Assembly (NCBI GenBank): GCA_964016885.1
Contig: OZ024742.1
Coordinates: 90,210,001-90,274,000 of the forward strand
Reading direction: 5' to 3'
Length of the DNA: 64,000 nt
Source of the DNA: Eledone cirrhosa
Taxonomy: Eukaryota
This document shows positions 58,051-64,000 of this stretch, one piece after another. Each line of letters begins with the position of its first letter. The first letter of the stretch is position 1. Position numbers and translations under genes: made by a program. Below the pieces are notes generated by a model that had not been told where the DNA came from, did no database searches, and saw only the letters and a list, made by a program, of their open reading frames with translations.

Positions 58051-59235
58051 TACAAAAAGTTATGAAACGAAAAGAGCTGTGTGGTTATTAAAAAAACGTT
58101 TAGGATGGTGGTTAGGACTGAACAGGAGGAGAAAGGAAGAAAGGAGTTTCCATCGTCAGCTGTAAATGTTTCCCGAACCGATGTTTCGGCGCTGAATTAC
58201 AGGACATCGGTGTATTTCGGGTGCGCCTGATGCCTTTTATTAATCAAAAGGCCATGTGGAAAAGGAGAGAGAAAGAGAGAAAAATGGGGGAGAAAAAAGG
58301 ATAGAGAAAAGGAAAGAGAGGGAAGGAGGAAGAACAGGGGGGGGGGGGTATGGAGAGAGAAAGAAGGGGGGAGGGAAAAGGCGAAAAAATAGGAAAGGAA
58401 TAGAACAAAAAAGTGTACAGGTCCCATCGTGGGAAGACAGAGGTAAAAGAAACATGCAAAAAAGTAACCATGGAAAAATAGGGAAAGTAAGTTGTGGCCA
58501 ACCTGGGAGACTTTGCCTGGGGGTCAGCTACAACTCAGAGCTGGTATAAGCGTGCTGCCTCTCACATAGACAGGAGAAAGTGAGAGAGAGACACGGGCAA
58601 CCAAAAGTGAGGAGGACAAGGGAAAGGGAGATAATCCAGAAGGGTTTTTTTTACGACGGTGATAAAAACGAGCCGCAAAGATTGCGGACAGAGAGGCCAC
58701 CACGGCACGTGTAAATATGTCAACAATCAAAACCGAGGAAAAACGAGAGTGAGGAGGAGAGGGAGAGAGAGAGAAGGGAGGATCTATGCGAAGGGAACAC
58801 AGATCGATCAAAGCAGGTAGGGTCACAGCGGTAAATACAAAAAGTTATGAAACGAAAGAAGTTGTGTGGTTACTAAAACAAGGTTTAGGGTGGTGGTTAA
58901 GACGGAACAGGAGGAGAGAAGAAGAAAGGAGTTTCCATCGTCGGCTGCAAATGTTTCCCGAACCGATGTTTCGGCGCTGAATTACAGGACATCGGTGTAT
59001 TTCGGGTGCGCCCGAGGCCTTTTATTAATCAAAAGGCGAGGTGGAAAGGAGAGAGAAAGAGAGACAAAAAGGGGAGAAAAAGGAGAGAGAAAAGGAAAAA
59101 GAGGGAAATGAGGAAGAACAGCGAGTGGGGGGGGGGAGAAGGGAAAAGGCGAAAAAATAGGAAAGGAATAGGAGAAAAAAAGTGTCAGGTCCTATCGTGA
59201 GAAGACACAGGTGAAAGATACATGCAAAATAAGTA
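58051..59235 (-). mobile_element. Tandem partial pLTR-like direct repeat (period ~785 bp, ~1.5 units)
   Basis: tacaaaaagttatgaaacga at 58051 and 58836, ~400 bp similarity; minus strand GGC...GCC-GAAACATCG remnant with decayed core. Confidence 0.6.
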
Positions 59236-59247
59236 ATTTATATATGA

Positions 59248-60673
59248 CTAGCAGTTTAGCCCGGCGTTGCTCGGGTTTGTTCATTTGCAATGAAAGCTTT
59301 CATACAGGTAAACGTGGCTTAAAAGCGAATAAGCTTATCAATTAAGTGCATAAAGCAGTTGAAACGGTTATTAAAAGTTACGAACCAATTAGCATTTTTG
59401 ACAATCAATGATGGGTTAATAATCTTCCAATAGCGAATTTAGCAGACCAAGGTTGCAAGCTGGTGGCCCTGATGCGGCTGGGTGTCAGATCTGTCCGCCG
59501 TGGGTGACCCTACCAGGAAATAATTTTCCAGACGGCATAACTCCAACACCTCCAACACCTGCACCAACATCTATAGCACCTCGTTGTAGACGATATTGCG
59601 TGTCATCACTTGAGCAGTGTAAGCAAAAAGTCTATTCCTGCTCCCTACGCGGGAATAGGCAACATAAAGTTGGCCATGGGAGAAGCATCGCTCCCCCAAA
59701 TGGATGCCCGCCACCGACAATGTTTACCCTTGTAACTTATTAATGAACATGGCAAAACATGGTCTCACCGGGAATTGGGATCACCGGAAATCGAACAGGA
59801 TATGTGACGCCGAGAGGAAAGCTTCATCCTTGGCAGTGTTCGGTAGAATTGCCAAAAATACAACACTATGGGTGTTGTCATGTTAATATTTAACCAATTA
59901 AAGTCGTAAAAAATAAATAATTTAAACATTCCGATTCATATGTCTATATCATTAATCTGTTATATGAAGTGTTATTTTGCGGGTTGTTATTTGCAATAAG
60001 CCGATTTAAAATGCCCACGAAAACCGTATGTCAATACGGAACTCCAATGACTCCCCCAGCAGTTAAATTATAGAGAGGGGGAACAATCTATTATAGAGAG
60101 AGAGAGGAGCGACGGAGAGAGTAAAACTAAGAAACTATATGGAGGTGTGTAAAACAGTGTTGTCATATAGAAGTGAAGAGCGACAGAGAGAGTAAAGTAG
60201 TTAAATATTAGAGAGGGGGAATGATCTATTATAGAGAGAGGGAAGAGCGACGGAGAGAGTATAGCTGTTTGTTATTGTATAAATTAATGTGTTGCTTAGT
60301 TTTCAAAGTTTGTGTCGCGTTGATAGGGTAGTAGAGAGAGGCATTAACCTTTTAAAGAGAGTTGCCGAGGGGAGTAGAGGGAGGGATGAATCTTTTAAAG
60401 AGAGTTGCAACATGTATGTAGTTTAATAGATTGTTGAGGGTAGTAGAGAGAGGCATTAAGCGTGTAAGAGAGGGTGTTACAACGTGTATTTAGTTTTATC
60501 GATTTTTTTCTAAAAGCAGGAAATTATTTTGCAAAGTTTATTACGCGATGACCATCGCTGGTAAATTTGGAGCACATTGGACAAAAAATCATCACAATTG
60601 GTAGAGAAATGTGGAAATGCATAAAAATCATACACACACAGATACAGACATCTTTGTTTTATATATATAGAGA
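59248..60673 (-). mobile_element. Non-autonomous Helitron with RepHel PIF1-helicase C-terminal remnant (~59570-59880)
   Basis: A|TCTCTATATATATAAAAC ... CCCGAGCAACGCCGGG-ctaaactg-CTAG|T; translation FR*SQFPVRPCFAMFINKLQG*TL..CFSHGQLYVAYSRV. Confidence 0.92.
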
Positions 60674-60854
60674 TTATATATATATTCATATATATTCATA
60701 TATATGTAATCATATATATATAATCATATATATATATATAATCATATATATATATATATATAATCATATATATATATAATCATACATATATAACCATATA
60801 TATATATATAATCATATGAATATATATATAATCATATGAATATATATATATATA

Positions 60855-60947
<93 letters not shown>

Positions 60948-61023
60948 GATATTAATAAATGGAAACTATATTAATCTCACTAGTTATATATATATATAAT
61001 TATATATATATATATATATAATC

Positions 61024-61097
<74 letters not shown>

Positions 61098-61226
61098 TAT
61101 ATATATATATAATTATATATATATATAATTATATATATATATATAATTATATATATATATATAAATAATTATATATATGTAATAGTATATATATAATTAT
61201 ATATATATAATTATATATATATAACT

Positions 61227-61258
<32 letters not shown>

Positions 61259-61643
61259 TATATATATATATATGTGTGTGTGCGTGTCTGTGTGTGTGTA
61301 AAATGTAAACAGAAATAACAACTTAATCGGTACAGTATATGGAAGGTATATATTAGGTTAACGCTTGATATAGCAGGAACGGGGTCTTAACGTTTTTGAC
61401 GCTAGTCCTTCATAAATAAAAGAATGAGAAATAAAATAGATTGAGGGGACGGTCGGGATGGAATTGGAAAAAATGTGTTTAGATAAAAATAACAGGTTCA
61501 TTCATGTTGACATCTCTTGCAAAATTGGTGCTGCTGGCGTTTTGTGTATGACTTGTTTTTTATAAAAGTGGATGATAGAGCGCGTCTACCTGAAATGGAT
61601 AAAAAACCGTTTTGTAAAAAGCCCTATACTTGACAGGTGCGTA

Positions 61644-61675
<32 letters not shown>

Positions 61676-61679
61676 CCGA

Positions 61680-62490
61680 CATGCATTGTACTGGGTCTAC
61701 CTTGTTATATACATTGAACTTTGGTTGTAGTTGTAGAATTTGTTGTTCTTCTCCACTGGTTATAGTGTTACCATATATGTTTAGTGATGCTGTTTAGTAG
61801 ACTCTGTAGGTAATATGACATCTGTTATACAGATATTGTCGATCCTGTCAGGATATATTTGTAAGTTTTTTCTCTTTTTCTGTTGTTTTTTGTCCTTCCT
61901 CTATCTTAATCTCTTATTGAAATGCTTATTGCATTCGTTTTGAGCCTATATTGTTTCATGTCGAATGATATTCATGAGTTTATTTATCTCGTTTGGTATG
62001 GTGAGATTTTACATTTCATTAACGTTAACGCGTTTCTGTTTCTAATGTTCATTAATTTGTTTACATGCTATTCGTTTCGTTAAGGTGCATATTAGGCGTT
62101 CGGCTTGTGTTTTTTTAGTAGTAAATTATTTACTAGTTTTAAGAAGGTTACAGTGTATATTTTGAAGAAACAGTGCTTTAAAAAGCGAATTTGTTCTGTT
62201 GTTATTGTAGTTTTTATATAACAGAAAACAGTGACTTTTAATAACCTTTCAGCTTGGCATAAGCTGGTGCCGTGACGGCGATGAATTTGTTTTGAGAGGT
62301 TTTTGATATGAAATCGTGTGTCGAAACACATATTATTATACTTGGGGAGGGTCATATTGTTATAATATTGCTAGAGATAATAACAGAACACACTCACTGT
62401 TTGGTTTGGGTTGGTTTTCGCTTCAGTATATTTTTATTTCCATAGTTAATTTAAATGGCAATCAATGTTTTTCATTGATTGATCAACGGT
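61680..62490 (-). mobile_element. Probable pLTR end and N-terminal ORF remnant of a Penelope-like element
   Basis: 62330-62490 similar to 51295-51455; followed by ..EQIRFLKHC..TFLK, resembling Penelope N-terminal FL..C motif. Confidence 0.45.
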
Positions 62491-62491
62491 T

Positions 62492-62605
<114 letters not shown>

Positions 62606-62610
62606 GAGGT

Positions 62611-62646
<36 letters not shown>

Positions 62647-62709
62647 TACTCTATCAAATATATATAATTATACATATATATATGATTAAACATATATATA
62701 TAAACGGAA

Positions 62710-62766
62710 ATAATTGTTTCTACTTTAGGCACAAGGCCAGCAATTACCCAGTGTATTACTGGTACT
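62710..62766 (-). mobile_element. 3' fragment of the tRNA-derived SINE
   Basis: ttgtttctactttaggcacaaggccagcaattacccagtgtattactggtact. Confidence 0.85.
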
Positions 62767-62768
62767 AT

Positions 62769-63846
62769 ATAAACTGAAATAATGAAACGAAATTTCATTT
62801 CTCACACTTAGTACGGCTGTTACTTAAATATAAGTATGTATACGTACATACATATATGTATACAGACGTACAGTAGTATGTATATATATATACATAATGC
62901 ATACATATATATATATGTACGTATGGATTTACCGAACATTTATTACAATGCTCGGTGTGTTTGTAAACAAACATCCCGAATTAGGCGGTACAGTGTCTAG
63001 CAACCATCGTTGCTCTTTTGTTCAACACAGACAAAGGAACTATGTACTAGTTTCAAGCTTATTAGCTATCGTCAGCAACGTATACCTTCGTGCCAGATGA
63101 TTGAACGTCTGAAAGTTTATACTTTCCTTATGCATATTAACGGCTGAGCAGCCTAATTTGCATATCGAGTGAGTTAATCGGCCGAGCGCACCGAAAACGA
63201 TAAACGGAAAAAATGAAACGAAATTTCATTTCTCACTCTTAGTACGGCTGTTACTTAAATATAAGTATGTATACGTACATACATATATGTATACAGATGT
63301 AAAGTAGTATATATATATATGTAATATACATACTACTGTACGTCTGTATACATATATGTATGTACGTATACATACTTATATTTAAGTAACCGCCGTACTA
63401 AGAGTGAGAAATGAAATTTCGTTTCATTTTTTCCGTTTATCGTTTTCGGTGCGCCCGGCCGATTAACTCACTCGATATGCAAATTAGGCTGCTCAGCCGT
63501 TAATATGCATAAGGAAAGTATATACTTTCAGTCGTTCAATCATCTGGCAGGAAGGTATACGTTGCTGACGATAGCTAATAAATTTGAAACTAGTACAGCG
63601 TTCCTTTGTCAGTGTTGAACAAAAGAGCAACGATGGTTGCTAGACACTGTACAACTTAATTCGTGATGTTTGTTTACAAACACACCGAGCATTATAAATG
63701 TTCGGTGAACCCATACGTACATATATATATATATGTGTGCATTTATGTATATATATATATACATAATACTGCACGTCTGTATACATATATGTATGTACGT
63801 ATACATACTTATACATATATATATAATTATACATATATATATAATT

Positions 63847-63885
<39 letters not shown>

Positions 63886-64000
63886 TATACATATATATTT
63901 ATATGTATATATATATTTATATATATATATAAATGTAAGTATGTATACGTACATACATATATGTGTCGTTCCTGTGTCAGTGTTGAACAAAAAGATGACG
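62769..64000. mobile_element. Second locus of retrozyme-like family B, arranged as a head-to-head fold-back
   Basis: 62769-63312 matches the 420-bp unit (period ~431 here); 63326-63810 is inverted; hammerheads at 63039-63081 (-) and 63559-63601 (+). Confidence 0.88.

Noticed and set aside
61380-61420. Hammerhead-like remnant TTATGAAGGAC-TAGC-GTCAAAAACG on the minus strand
   Set aside because: Both core boxes mutated; at most a decayed pLTR end.

Overview
AT-rich, microsatellite-dense eukaryotic DNA; the tRNA-derived SINE resembles octopod SINEs, so a cephalopod origin is likely (inference). Almost all of the window is transposon-derived. Bases 1-17116 are 2.3 copies of a ~7.4 kb tandem unit made of TE fragments (GC-rich Neptune-type Penelope-like element, RTE LINE, R4-type LINE, L1-like ORF1, SINE) with one complete hammerhead ribozyme per unit. 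The remainder holds many Penelope-like elements (Neptune-type, five Naiad-type pieces, one other lineage), R4/Dong-type and CR1 fragments, SINEs, non-autonomous Helitrons, and one candidate signal-peptide exon of a host gene or pseudogene. The main signal is an RNA-level system: two non-coding tandem repeat families (310 bp and ~420 bp) with one type I hammerhead per unit, i.e. non-LTR retrozyme-like elements predicted to make circular RNAs. They carry the same head-to-head 5' inversion seen in the neighbouring Penelope-like elements, and one array is fused directly to a Naiad RT. Additional hammerhead variants occur in pLTRs and fold-back elements. No intact protein-coding gene is supported. 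All calls come from reading by eye; boundaries are approximate and nothing was aligned, folded or searched computationally.
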